A stretch of DNA of 64,000 bases, from the NCBI GenBank assembly GCA_964016885.1, contig OZ024743.1:6510001-6574000 (forward strand), given 5' to 3'. Source of the stretch: Eledone cirrhosa. Lineage: Eukaryota. Positions 12,638-25,458 of the stretch are shown here, one piece after another. The notes beneath the pieces were generated by a model that saw only the letters and a program-made list of their open reading frames with translations, searched no databases and was not told the origin of the DNA. The translations under genes were made by a program, and so were the position numbers. How positions within the stretch are numbered: the stretch's first letter is position 1; the number at the start of each line of letters is the position of its first letter.

Positions 12638-13056
12638 GTAAGTTATTTCATTTAAAAACCATAAGCTTAAGTTGCTTTACTCTAAACAAGCAACAATAAT
12701 ACCATTTTACTTATAATGCTAAATTGGTTGAATCAATTTATATTTAGTATGTTGAAATGTCTGAAATGAGATCTCTTTAAACTAAAGGTCTTATCCACTG
12801 TGCAACAGATACATGTACATGAATCAGTGGCATAGTGAATAGAAGCCTTTAGCTTAGAAATACAGATTTCTGGTTCAAATATAGTCCAGTACAATGTACA
12901 TATCTAGGAATAAAACACCCAATGAAGATCAAAGATTAAACTCATTGAAATATAATATAAATGTAATATCAAAAACTACATCTTAAAAGTGAGGATAATT
13001 GTCCAAAAAATTATAATTGCATTAACAATAACTCACTTCAGACATTTTCTTGTTCA

Positions 13057-13274
13057 CCTTTTCATTGTCGTATTTCTAATTAAATATACTACCTATGTAT
13101 TTTGAAAATAACCAGAGTTTTATTAATTAGTTAGCTGATATTTAGAACATTGCATGAGAAAATTTCTAAAATGAATTTTGATGAAAGGTTATAACCTAAA
13201 GATAAACACTTTATAATGAGCAGTTTTGTATCATAAATCCATAATGATTTTGAGGTGTTTTGATATCGAAAGAG
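13057..13274. mobile_element. piggyBac-type MITE, family B, degenerate
   Basis: Colinear with 20044-20288 (CCTTTTCAT..CGTATTTCTAAT ... AAAGAG-TTAA). Confidence 0.55.
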
Positions 13275-13549
13275 TTAAAATAGATCATTTTCTCAGTCAC
13301 ACCTTGCCCTCCTTAGTCTTGGACAAGATACCATTAAAGCACTCAATGCCACTGCTATGCCTCAAAATCTCTAGTGATTTTCGCTAGCAACACTACATAG
13401 CTAAAACTGCATCCCAATGACTAGGCTTCATCTTCAGGGCTAGAAAATACATCAGCTCTGTTTATTTGTTGATGCTTTACAGAGATTAAAAATCAGAGGA
13501 GCAGTGTTCCCATATTAAGATGGTGTTGCTGCTATATACAAATATCCTT

Positions 13550-15720
13550 CATCACATCATCATCATCATCAACGTTTAACGTCCGTGTTCCACGCTTGCA
13601 TGGGTTTGGACGGGGGTAGTCCCACTTGAGGCAAAAGTGATTGTCTTGCTCGCATAGGACTGTCTGGCAGGTTTTCTACAGTTGGATGCCCTTCCTAACA
13701 CCAACCACATTTACAGTGTGGGTCTGGGAGGTTTTTACCGTGTTGCCTACACGGCCACATTACAGCGTGGACTGTGTGTTTTTTTGTCGTGACACCTACA
13801 CGATCTCATTTGTTTCGGCCTGGATGGCGCGGCACCAACATAACTTTACATAGAACGGGGTGGTGTGGATGGGGTGGGGGTGGTGGTGGTGGGACGGGGT
13901 GTATTTTGTTAGAGATGCCTACTGACTATAGTAGGTTTTACTATGTATTTAGGTAAGGCGGGTCTTCTCTATTACTGAGTACCGCCAAAGGTCTCGGTCC
14001 AGTGACATTGTCTTGGAGAGGTGTAAGTGTGTGAGGTCGGAGTTTATCAGCTCGTCCCAGGTTTTTCTAGGTCTGCCTATTCCGTGGCTACCGTCTATCT
14101 TTATTGCCCTGCACTTTGTTATACAGCTATCGACTTTCATGCGCATCACGTGTCCATACCAACGTAGCCTTCTCTCGAGTAAACAACATCTGATCCCTCT
14201 TATCTCTAATTTTTTCCTTAGTTCGTTTATGCTTTGCCGTTCACGTATATTACTGTTACACATCCAACGGAGCATGCAAGCTTCATTCCTCTCTAGTCTG
14301 CGTATATCCTCTGCACACAATGCCCAGGTCTCACTGCTATGCAGCATTGCTGTTCGTATGCAGGCATCGTACAACCTGCCTTTCATTTTTAGGGAGAACC
14401 CTTTAGCAGCTAATAGTGGTATAAGCTCTCTGAACTTTTTCCAACCAGTTCTGACTCTAGCTACAGTACTTTCAGAGCACCCTCCCCCACTGCTGATTTT
14501 ATCGCCCAGGTAACGGAAGCTGTCCACTATTTCTATAGAACCCTCTGCGCAATTGAAAGAGCTAGTATTTTGTGGGCACTTGCTGCTACTTATTGCACCA
14601 GAACACCGGCCACATGTAAAATCTATGTTCTTAGTTAGCTTACCTGTGATCCCACTACATCTTTTATGCACCCATACTTTGCATTTAGGAAATAAAATGG
14701 AGTTTCTACCTACGCCTTTCCTACACACCGAGCACGACCATTTCCCAGAAGGGACCGCCGCCTTGTTTTCTTTCCTACAAACTAGAACTTTGGTCTTAGC
14801 CAGGTTAATTTTAAGTCCTTTTGACTCTAGGCCGTGCTTCCATGTTTGGAATTTCTTCTCTAGCTCGGCCATTGATTCCGCTATGAGTGTCAGGTCGTCT
14901 GCGTATAGGAGTTCCCATGGGCAGCCTGTCTTGAACTCCTCTGTTATAGCCTGAAGGGCAATAATAAATAGTAGGGGGCTGAGAACAGAGCCCTGATGGA
15001 CGCCAACTTTTACGCTAAACTCTTCACTATATTCGTTGTTAATTCTAACCTTGCTGACTGTTTCTTTATACATGGCTTGTATAGCCCTCACAAGCCATTC
15101 GTCAACGCCTAGTTTTCTAAGAGCCCACCAGATAATGGAGCGGGGGACTCTGTCGAAGGCTTTCTCCAAGTCGACAAAAGCTAAGTAGAGGGGTTTACCT
15201 TTAGCTAGGTACTTCTCCTGTAGTTGTCGTACTATGAAAAGAGCGTCTGTGGTACTTTTGCCTGACACAAACCCGAACTGCATTTCATCTAGGTCAATTC
15301 TCTCTCTGATTAGTTGCGCTATTACTTTTTCCGTGACCTTCATGACCTGGTCGATTAATTTAATGCCTCTATAGTTACTCCTATCTAGGGCGTCTCCTTT
15401 ACCCTTATAACAGTTAACGATGATGCTGCTATGCCAGTCCTTCGGAACAACCCCATTCTGTACGACTTGGTTAACTATGCGGGTGACCATGGTGTGTCCC
15501 ACCGTGCCAGATGCCTTCAGCATCTCAGCAACTATTTCCGAAGACCCAGCCGCCTTACCCGTCTTCATATCCTTGATTGCCTTACTTATTATACTCCCCT
15601 CGACTAACACTGCTGGTCCTTCTATTGGGTCGATATGGGGGAGACTGTCTTTCTCCCATTTATTCTCCTCATTTAGTAGCCTTTCATAGTGACACTTCCA
15701 AGCTACCTTCTTATCAGCGT
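13550..15720 (-). mobile_element. RTE-clade LINE, 5'-truncated, young (RT frame uninterrupted)
   Basis: ORF 13949..15736 has NYRGIKL, QFGF, FVDLEKAFD, GVHQGSVLSP, YADD, a PHD-like insert and RRLRWYGHV. It ends in a 3' UTR and (CAT)n tail. Confidence 0.97.
13949..15720 (-). CDS. RTE reverse transcriptase (N-terminally truncated ORF2, about 590 aa open)
   Basis: RT motifs as above with no stops. The predicted start lies in flanking DNA, so it is not an authentic initiation site. Confidence 0.85.
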
Positions 15721-16962
15721 ATAAAAGATTATCCAACTGATTGGCAAAATCTCACTCAGCAACAACTATAACTTCTATAACTTCTAGCCCACAGTTGTGC
15801 AATCTCCTTTTCCCTGCCTACTCTATTGATACTGCAATGGTCTTTTATTTCCTTTGAACTAGCAAGATGCATAACACCTCCACCTGAGCCTGATTAACAT
15901 ACTCATCTCCCCTCATCACTCCTACTGTGTCAGCCCCATGTTCTGCACTTTTCTTCTCTCTACATTTTCATTAATGATATACATGTTTGAAGCAATATCT
16001 GATACTTTAGATATTCTTATTTAACAATTCCTGTCTCAATCAAGTAGGTTCTCTTTCACAAATGTTATATGGTAGGAAAATAGATTCCAGTTTCATTTTT
16101 CCAGACAGTTTGCCTCTTGCTGCAGAATATGGGACTAATTATTTCCATTAAAATACCAAATGTTTAATCACATAAAATATATCTATAAAACGGGTATTTT
16201 CTATAGAATAAAAAATTGTTTAACATTTACTATTTAAGTGGCATTGTACCAATGTTTGAAATCCACATTTGTAGAAAAGGTTGGACAGTGTAGAATTGAG
16301 AAAGGGAAAAACTTTGTTAGTTAAAGATAAAGATATGACAGGTTATTTGTTGGGTTCCAGTGATGAGGTCAATTCTTCCTGAAATCTAGAGAAACCTTTG
16401 AGTACTCTGCTTCAGACCAGAGTCCACTTACTGTTTCAATCTTCCTTGCCATTGGATCCATATTCTAGTTCATACAAACATGTATTAGTTAAGCAGTTTA
16501 AATTTAGATAAGCAACTGTTGTATTGATTTCATTGTTAATACAATGGACAGAGATGAAATAAATCCATCATAAACTATTAATTAGAGACAAATAGAAAGT
16601 TTTATTAAATAGAAAGTTTTTTCTTCATCACAATCTAATATTTTAATGGTAAATGCAGATGAAAAGGAGACTAGCAACCCATAATCAACTGCATATAAGC
16701 ATTACTAATTTTAGGCTCTAAAAGTGAAACTGAATTTCATTTCTTTGAAAGAACACTAAGTTGTTTTCAACATGTATCAGATTGGCAATAATTGTAGTTA
16801 TGAGCAAAGTAACTTTAAACAATTTTGTACAGGTACATAAAACTAACTTTATGTATTTACACAACACTATTTCAATAATTTTATATATTTACCCTATTAT
16901 CCTTGTTTACCCATCACTAAAAATAAAATCTAAATATAATTGTTGAAACTATATAGACTGTA

Positions 16963-17320
16963 ATAAAAGGCCAATACATTTCATAAAGCCAGTACAATGT
17001 AGTAGAAATATATAAAGGGCAAGGGATGACAAATAAAACCACAGATAAATAATAGATTGGAAATGAATGAAGCAGATTGACTACTATAACAACTTCATGC
17101 AAGCATATTTCAGACACATAGGCCAGTTAAGGAAGAACACATCGTTGTTTGTTTTTATTTTGAACCCTTTCTATTTCACATTTGTAAAGAGGGTAATAGC
17201 CCTGAAATGTCATGTTGAAATATACTGGGTAAAACATTACTTTGTTTTGTTTGTCTTCCTTTGCCCTTTATATATTTCCACCACATTGTACTGACTTTGT
17301 TAAACTTATCGGTCTTTTAG
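16963..17320. repeat. Inverted-repeat element with a decayed hammerhead-like core (Penelope-derived)
   Basis: About 75-bp arms (CAGTACAATGTAGTAGAAATATATAAAGGGCAAGGGATGACAAA / TTTGTCTTCCTTTGCCCTTTATATATTTCCACCACATTGTACTG). Internal TATTTCACAT..AAGA-GGGTAATAGCCC-TGAAATGTC-ATGTTGAAATA. Confidence 0.6.
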
Positions 17321-18254
17321 AAAATATCACATAATGCTTCATATTAACCATACTAGATAAACTGCATTTGTTTTCTAGAAATGTTTGGTATTATATCATC
17401 ACATTGAAACATATAACAGTTGCACCTATCATTACCCAAACTTTATAAAATTATCAATGAATATTTTGATGATTAGAAAATGTGAAGGAATATTTATTAT
17501 TGAAAATAATAAAGATAGTCGGGGATATATAGACAAAACCAAAGTAAGGGTTAGCATATTTAATATAGTGAGCATCATAAAATCTAAATAGAAATACTTA
17601 TGTTGCAAGGAAATAACAACAATTTCAGTAAATACTTTTTATCTGTTCAGTGAAGCTTGGATTTCACTATACTTGCAGAAATGGTGATGAAAGAATCACC
17701 AAGCAGATGTTCAATAATGTACAGAATTAGATGTAAAAACAAATTAGCATATTTAAAAACATATTTCCCTGAGGTTAATTACTGAAAGATGCCATCCGCA
17801 TGAAGTGTCTAGATTGCATGTGAATGGCACATGTCTGCAGAAAGTTAGCAAAAACGTGAAGGGTAATATCATTTGCCAAGTGGTGGACACTGACAGCAGG
17901 CCCACACTTTATCAGATAAGTGTGAAATCAATTCAGTTAAATCCCCAAAATTGCCTAATAAACAAAGACAATAAAAAGTGTGCAAAGGAGTGCTGTTAAC
18001 TTTACTTCTCCTTGTCCTCTTTCTCTTCCACCTTGTAGATTACCTCTCTGTTGACCAATGGCTACTGGTCTCTGTCCTCTGGGGCATTTTTGCCCATCGC
18101 TCTCTTTCACAGCATTTAGTTGTTTTAGCGGCTGTCCTAGTGATGAGTTTTCTTGTTTTATATGTAGATATAAGGAAGTTTAAATTAATGAGTGATATGA
18201 ACAGAAATGTTGAGGAAGCAGATTTATTCAACCAGTATAACAAATTTATGTTTA

Positions 18255-18258
<4 letters not shown>

Positions 18259-18293
<35 letters not shown>

Positions 18294-18757
18294 TTACTTA
18301 TATATATATATATATGTGTGTGTGTGTATACATATATATATACACACACACACACATATATATATATATGTATACATATATACATATACATACATATATG
18401 TGTATACATATATATATATGTATACATATATATATATATATATGTATACATATATACATATATGTATGCATATACATATATATATGTATACATATATATA
18501 CATATATGTATGCATATACATATATATATATATGTATACATATATATATATATATATATGTATACATATATATATGTATACATATATACATATATGTATG
18601 CATATACATATATATATATGTATACATATATACATATACATATATATATGTGTATATGTATACATATATATATATGTATACATATATATACATATATATG
18701 TATATGTATATGTATACATATATATGTATATGTATACATATATATATATATGTATAC

Positions 18758-18789
<32 letters not shown>

Positions 18790-18962
18790 GTATACATATA
18801 TACATATATGTATACATATACATATACATATGTATACACACACACATATACATATATATATACATATACATATATACATATACATATATATAATAGATAC
18901 ATATATATACATATACATATATATACATATAAACATATATATACATATATACATACACATAG

Positions 18963-19044
<82 letters not shown>

Positions 19045-19082
19045 GTGTGTGTTCATATATATGTATATATGTACATGTATAC
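18259..19082. repeat. Complex (TA)n/(TATACA/TATGTA) microsatellite, about 820 bp
   Basis: Direct reading; source of the YI-repeat ORFs in all six frames. Confidence 0.97.
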
Positions 19083-19329
19083 ACTCACCTTAAAATATTG
19101 TAATATAATGATCAATTTAATTCCTTATTCATTCCTTTGAGGCAATTTAATTCTTTACTTTACAGCTTTTCAGACATCCATAAATATGTTATTTATAACA
19201 TTGTTTAGATTTTTAATAAAAATTACAATATATACCTTTTTTTATATTTTCAAATATTCTTTAATTTGCAATATCTTTTTATATATAATATTAATTCAGT
19301 TTTATTATTAGTGTTTTTTAAACTTTCAG

Positions 19330-19401
19330 ACCAGACTCACAATTTTTGTATATTATAGCACATTTTCCACTAGTATATTGGTTGGTTGGAAAACTATCAT
19401 G
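19330..19401 (+). CDS. KCNT: KCNT/Slo2 exon
   Basis: tttcag|A CCA GAC ... TCA TG|gtaagt; (E)PDSQFLYIIAHFPLVYWLVGKLS(C), compare [20 protein letters not shown]. Confidence 0.94.
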
Positions 19402-20043
19402 GTAAGTATTAAATTTGATGAATAAAAAGAAAATAAATATATATCTTTCTCTTTATTTAAATTTTATCTATCTGACATCTAATAAAATGCTAACCCACAA
19501 TCATCAGAATTCTTGAATCATATTCAATCAAAATATAAGTGTTAAGCTAGTCTTTTCAATTCACCTTTTTATTTTGTACAACTTCATTTTTATCTATATA
19601 CTTTGTGAATGCATTTGGATATATAGATAGATTTAGATAGGTAAATCTCTTAGATAGTTTTGAGATAAATGATTTGAAATACAACATATATTGTCAGTAA
19701 GAGACTTCAAAAGTTATGAAGGATGAGTGTTTATGAACTTATTTCCTTCTGGGCCCCTACTATTTGAAAATAATTTTTTTAAATAACTCCATGGTTCGAT
19801 AAATTCATAAAGTGCTTTTTTATTCATCTTTATACATAATTCAAATATATGAATTTCCTTCAGCTGTCCAAGCAAATTGGTCGGGTTTTTTTTTATTTAT
19901 TATATATTGTTCTTTTTTAAACCTTATGTGATGTAAAATCAAATTTTAACCTAGGATTAGTATGTATGTTATTCATTATTTCTAAGAAAAGTTTTTGTGT
20001 TTAACTTGGACATTAGATTGTTTTTTCATCATAAAACTATTAA

Positions 20044-20288
20044 CCCTTTCATAACCGTATTTCTAATGATATACACTCTATTTCAATTAATTGATGAAGA
20101 ATTTTGAAGGATTTACTAAAATTATTCATTGCTTCATTACTAAGATAGTAATTTAACAATCTTCCAACACAATTTTATGTAACATAAAATTGTGTTGGAA
20201 GATTTTAATTTAAATAGGAATCCTTTAAAATAGGTGATTTTGTTTCATAAAACCAAACCCAATTTTCATAGGATTTGTATTAAAAGAG
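20044..20288. mobile_element. piggyBac-type MITE, family B, containing a 23-bp-arm palindrome
   Basis: TTAA-CCCTTTCAT ... AAAAGAG-TTAA; relatives at 13057, 34030 and 43586. Confidence 0.75.
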
Positions 20289-20454
20289 TTAACAGACTTA
20301 TTTATTGATTTCTATATTGTATCTTTAGAATATAATATGATTATTCTTCCTCTAAGGTCCTTTGTTTTAAATATATCTTAACACTCTGGTTTGGATGATA
20401 TAGTTTTCTTCATTATCTACACTTATTTTAAGGAATTATCTTGTGCTAGAGTAG

Positions 20455-20615
20455 TCAAAATAAAACACCTCCATTCTGTCCACCAGGGCTGTGGGGAGGC
20501 CAGCATGAGGGACCCCATTTGCCCACCATACGGAGAGATGGGGAGGGCGAAGAGATGGGGGTGATGACAGTGGGAGTTCGGCTCTTCCACGTTCAGACCA
20601 TATCCTTGTGGTTGC
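20455..20615. repeat. Dispersed GC-rich repeat (copy 1)
   Basis: Aligns with 26121-26290 (GTCCACCA..GCCAGC..CCCCATTTGC..GATGGGGAG..GAGATGG..TGACAGTGGGA). Confidence 0.7.
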
Positions 20616-21105
20616 GTTCATTAAGCAGTTAATGAGTCTGTTTATGTATAGACTCAATAGTGTTTATGTTGTAGCTGTTCATGTTATATTTTTGTTGGAA
20701 TTGGTAACTTATCTACAAAGTAAATCTTTGAATTTTACAATTTTTTTAAATATATGAACCTTTTATTTACTATGTAAACCATTTGATTTCTTATTTACAC
20801 AAATAGTTAGGAGTCTACAGTATAAAAAATGTTTTGAATCCTTGCTTTGCTATTTTAAGTAATAATTAAGGTTAGATTTTCTTTCTGAAACCTGATAAGC
20901 AATAATTGGTTTGACTAGAATGGTCAATTTATATATATAGCAAAATGGAGAACAATTGTACACTAACTAGCATGTAAACTTCATTATAATAATGAACATT
21001 ATCAGTTTTAGATCCATTTTCCATGCTAGCATGGATCGTTAGCAGGTATCACCACCTGCAGTGTTTGAAGTGATGAGAAGAGATAAACAAACACACAGGT
21101 GCACC

Positions 21106-21162
<57 letters not shown>

Positions 21163-21166
<4 letters not shown>

Positions 21167-21600
21167 GACGTAAAATAAGAAAATTTAAAAAAAAATTAAA
21201 AATTAACTTACTTACTAAAATTTTCACTCCAACTAATTAGTTTCTGTAATGGGATAAAGATAGTTACGTAATATAACCATCGAGAATTCATTACGTCATC
21301 AGGGAGTCTATTCTCAGCTAAGTCTCCAGGCAATGCGCGGACACTAGGGACTCATATAAAAATAATAATAATTCGGTGGATGGAACAGCTAGCGGGGACT
21401 GGATTCCATGCACTGAAAAAGTTTGCTGTTTCTGGTCAAATGGCAGATTCTAAAGAATCAATCACGTGACACTGAGGATAGTCGGAAGGAGTGGGTTGGT
21501 AAGATGACAAAAGCCTACTACCACACCAATGAATTAGTAGTGGATTTGGCAGGTTTGCTCAACAAATAAATAATTTGGAGATAAATATAGAGAATTTGCT
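21163..21600 (-). mobile_element. Penelope-like element terminal (pLTR) fragment flanked by microsatellites
   Basis: Contains a type I hammerhead motif and is bounded by (TA)n tracts. The right boundary is approximate. Confidence 0.6.
21226..21307 (-). ncRNA. Type I hammerhead ribozyme motif
   Basis: Minus strand ACUCC-CUGAUGA-C-GUAAUG[..GAUGGUUA/UAACUAUC..]CAUUAC-A-GAAA-CUAAUUAG-UU/GGAGU. Stems I, II and III all pair, the cores CUGAnGA and GAAA are intact, and the NUH triplet is GUU. The base of stem II is a C-A mismatch. Confidence 0.78.
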
Positions 21601-21645
21601 AGCATTAGTGTACATCTGTATGCATATGTTGGTAGATATACTAAT

Positions 21646-21715
<70 letters not shown>

Positions 21716-22141
21716 CATATATACATATATTTTTCACCCACATCTCAATATCATCATCATCATTTTATAATCAGATTCCTTTCCTACCATTAACTCTCAC
21801 TTGGTTAGAACTATTGGAATTTTGTAACTAATTTTATTGGCTGGTTTCTTAAGAGACTTGTAATTTCTGTTTGTAAATTGCTTTTCATATTTGAAATAAG
21901 TATGGTTTAAACACTACTGCCTAGTGGTAAGCCCCATGGGTCACTTATTTACCCTTAGCCACTAAAACAGATTTGATAAGATAATCCAAATGAAAGTGTG
22001 ATATACAATTTTGCCTAAATTTGTCTTATAATTAAATTTCTTTTTTATATAAACTGTTATAAAATTTTATAATTTGCCACCTTTTACTAGAATTTATATT
22101 TCATTGTAATTTTATTAACTATGCATTTCATTTATATTCAG

Positions 22142-22276
22142 TGTTGATGATCTTCTCAAAGCTGGTATCACAAAAGCCAGTCAAATAGTTGTAGTGAAAA
22201 GAGAAATGTCACAGTCAGTATCTGAAACAACACTTAGAGATACTGGCACTGTTCTTGCTGCACAACAGATATTCAA
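22142..22276 (+). CDS. KCNT: KCNT/Slo2 exon
   Basis: attcag|T GTT GAT ... TTC AA|gtaaga; VDDLLKAGITKASQIVVVKREMSQSVSETTLRDTGTVLAAQQIF(K), compare LDSLLQCGI..ADNLVVV..D..TIVNVQTMFR. Confidence 0.95.
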
Positions 22277-22317
22277 GTAAGAAATTGTTATTTATTTCAT
22301 GTGTTCTGAAACAAAGA

Positions 22318-22541
22318 CCTCCTTCTCCTCCTCCTTCTCCCTCTCCTTCTCCTCCTCCTCCTCCTCCTTCTTCTCCCCCCCTCCCCCTCCTCCTCCTTCT
22401 CCTCCTTCTCCTTCTCCTCCTCCTTCTCCTCCTCCTCCTTCTCCTCCTCCTCATCCTCCTCCTTCTCCTCCTCCTCCTCCTTCTCCTCCCCCTCCTTCTT
22501 CTTCTTCTTCTTCTTCTTCTTCTTCTTCTTCTTCTTCTTCT
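22318..22541. repeat. (CCT)n/(CTT)n polypyrimidine microsatellite
   Basis: About 220 nt of pure C/T apart from one A; source of the poly-P/L/R/S ORFs. Confidence 0.95.
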
Positions 22542-22909
22542 TGCCTTCTTACCTTCTTTTTCTTTTTGCCCTTTTCTTTTTCTTTTTCTTATTGCCTTCT
22601 TGATTGAGCAAATCTATGATCAAAACCAATCCAGCCATGACAATCCTATTTGTCCAGCTATTGTGTATCTAACACTATGTCATCCATTATGTAATAGGGT
22701 TGGGTTTGACAGCAGGAGGTAATTTGTATCAGGTCAAGTGACTACATAGGGGTTCCTGCATTTTTCAAAATCCTTATTTTTGTTTTGTATCCAAATTTCA
22801 TCCTAATATTGAGGGAGTCAAAGTAATTTTTTTTACTTCATTTATCTGAGCTTTTTTTTTTTATATATTTCAAAAGAAATACATGGAAATTCTTACCATG
22901 ATGTCTATA

Positions 22910-23030
22910 TTTGTTGTTGTTGTTGTTGTCGTTGTCGTTGTTGTTGTCGTTGTTGTTGTTGTCGTTGTCGTTGTTGTTGTCGTTGTTATTGTTGTTGTTG
23001 TTGATGATGTGAATGATGATGATGATGTCG
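22910..23030. repeat. (GTT/GTC/GAT)n microsatellite
   Basis: Direct reading. Confidence 0.92.
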
Positions 23031-23654
23031 ATTAGTTCAAATGAGTTCAAAACCTCTCAAATGAATTAGATTATAAGTTAAGCCTTAATTTAAGCTGAAT
23101 TCACAAAGCTGAGAATGTTAGTATTATCTGGCATATATTGCAGATAATAATTGAATAGGCATAAGAACATTTACAAAAGCTAAAGTACAGATAGAAATGA
23201 ATTTCAATATAAAAAAAAATAATAATAATGAAAATTATTGTTTACAGTGCTCAGGTGCACTACAAGAAAATATCATTTGAAAATCAAATATACTTTATAT
23301 ATTTTTAGTAATTAATTTTCAACAATTTGGGATTTACTTATTCTTTAATATTAAAAACGATATCTTTATTAAATGTCTTTAACATTTAAAACAAAATCAA
23401 TTTAATATTTCCTATATTTCTATCAATATTCTTTTGAATGTTTATAATAGCTGAGAGTCAATAGACTATCGATTCCTTCTACTAATACAAGGTTGTCTTT
23501 CTTACTTTTTCTCTCTTCTAACAATTCAACAACCTCATATTTTTCACACGAGGAATAAAGAATGTATTGCAATTTTTCAGATTTACAGATCATTTGCTTA
23601 GAATAAGGAAAATAGTTGTTGTTCTTTTTCTTCTTATTATTATTTATTTCTAGT

Positions 23655-23854
23655 AGGGCAGTATCGGTAGATCGCTTCGTGGCATATAGTTATGGCTCTT
23701 TACATTCTCATTTCAAATCCCGCCGTGGTTAGCTTTACCATTCATCCTTTCGGGGTTGATAAAATAAACTACCAGTAAGCACTGGGGTCGATTTAATGAA
23801 CTATCCCTTCCCCTTCAAATTGCTGACCTTGTGCCTAAAGTAGAAACAATTATT
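23655..23854 (+). mobile_element. tRNA-derived SINE with Nin-like core
   Basis: TTCAAATCCCGCCGTGGTTAGCTTTACCATTCATCCTTTCGGGGTTGATAAAATAAACTACCAG resembles the Nin/Deu SINE central domain; there are several copies in the window. Confidence 0.8.
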
Positions 23855-23859
23855 TCTGA

Positions 23860-24840
23860 GAGGATTGTGGGAACAACAGAGTATTCAGGCATGCCTTCCA
23901 GATGTTTCTAACTGGAGCAATCATCTCTAAATAATCTGGCTGGCTTCCCAATTGAGACTAATCAAGTGTTGGCTCATCATCTACCTCTTGCCCATAAAAT
24001 CTGTTTAGTCATTCTTCCTTAGACATTCTAACTACATGTCCATAGTACCAAAGCTGTGATATCTTAATAATACAGAAAAGTAGCTTCTCTACCTGGAGTG
24101 ATTCCCTCATCTCCCAGCTATGTACCCTACCAAGTAACATTACTCTGAAGACCCTTCGGAGACACCCCATTTCAGCCACTTGTATTAGGGATCAGATTCT
24201 TTCAGTCATGACCCAAGATTCATAACCATAGGTAAGGGTAGACACAAACACCAAACTGAAGATAGCAACTTTGTCTTTTACACCTACTTCCCTTCTTCTG
24301 AGGACTGAGTGCCAAAGCTGGCACATTATTACATCAGCTCCTGCAATTCTTGTATTTAATTCAGCCTCCTGCCTTCCATCACTCATGAAAACGGTCCTGA
24401 GATACTTGAATTTGAAAAATAGTTTCATAAGCAACTTACAAACATTTCACACCATCTACATTAATCTTATCTTGGGCTTCCATTCTTTCTAGTACAAACT
24501 GCAAAATACTAAAGACCATATAAAATAGCATTTCTCCATATTACAAGCTTCATACATATCACACCTATTGACTACCAACAAAAATATTAGTTTACCTTAG
24601 GGACTCCTTGTTAGTTTTCTTTCTATATAGTTGTGCAAAAATGAGAATCATATTCACTGAGACACATGAAATGTACCTTATCAGCTTGACTGATGCCATA
24701 TAAAAAAGGACCTCCCCCATTCCCTTCTACTGATGTGACACTACTTCCCCCTTTCATCTCCAGTGCACGATCCTAAAACACCACAACTACTAAAACATAT
24801 GGATATCACTTATCAATAATCTGCTTCAAACCACTTAGCT
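23860..24840 (-). mobile_element. Degenerate RTE (Rex3/Expander-like) LINE fragment
   Basis: FKYLRTVFMSDGRQEAELNTRI...STLTYGYESWVMTERI (ORF 24192..24434); boundaries approximate. Confidence 0.75.
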
Positions 24841-25458
24841 TAAATAATTATCCTCATCTGCATCATTGTTTCTATGTCCAATTTTCCAGTCTGACTTAGA
24901 TTACATAGGATTTTTAGGCAGTGATTTATGGCTGGATGCCTTTCCTGGTGCTGACCTTTTATTAATTATGAAGACCTATACACATCAACAGCAGCCTGAA
25001 AATTCATACAACAATAATTTTCATTGCAACATTCACAAACTGTATCTACAAAATACAAAATAATTGCAAAGTTAATTATCTTACTATGTCAAGCTTTGTT
25101 CTGAATTGACTACCAACCTAACTGCTACTGAACTCTAATAATATAACTACATATCATCAAAACAAATATCCTCATTGTTATTCTGCAAATCATAACAAAG
25201 TGTGCCCCAAATATTTGATTGGCCAGTTTTATTCTATAGTTGTTAATCTATAGTACAGTATATATGAACATTCCAAAATATATAATAATGATTTCTCAAA
25301 ATTGCACTACAGAGACACCTCCTATTTATACAATGTTTCTTTTCCTCATAGCTTATAAAAATGTTCTTTAAGCAGTTCTATGAATTGTAGAGATAATTTC
25401 TCAACCAAATGAATTATATTCTTTGGCCACTTTTAGTTTTATGTTATTAGAGCCTTAA

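Noticed and set aside
12825-12890. tRNA gene (A- and B-box-like motifs)
   Set aside because: No cloverleaf; more likely a decayed SINE head.
14013-14954. Plus-strand ORFs overlapping the RTEs (also 30689..31159 and 38809..39924)
   Set aside because: They are antisense shadows of the RT coding frame.
17978-19140. Long ORFs (228-371 aa) in all frames
   Set aside because: They are translations of a TA-rich microsatellite that lacks stop codons.
22215-22722. Poly-R, poly-L and poly-P ORFs
   Set aside because: They derive from the (CCT)/(CTT) microsatellite.
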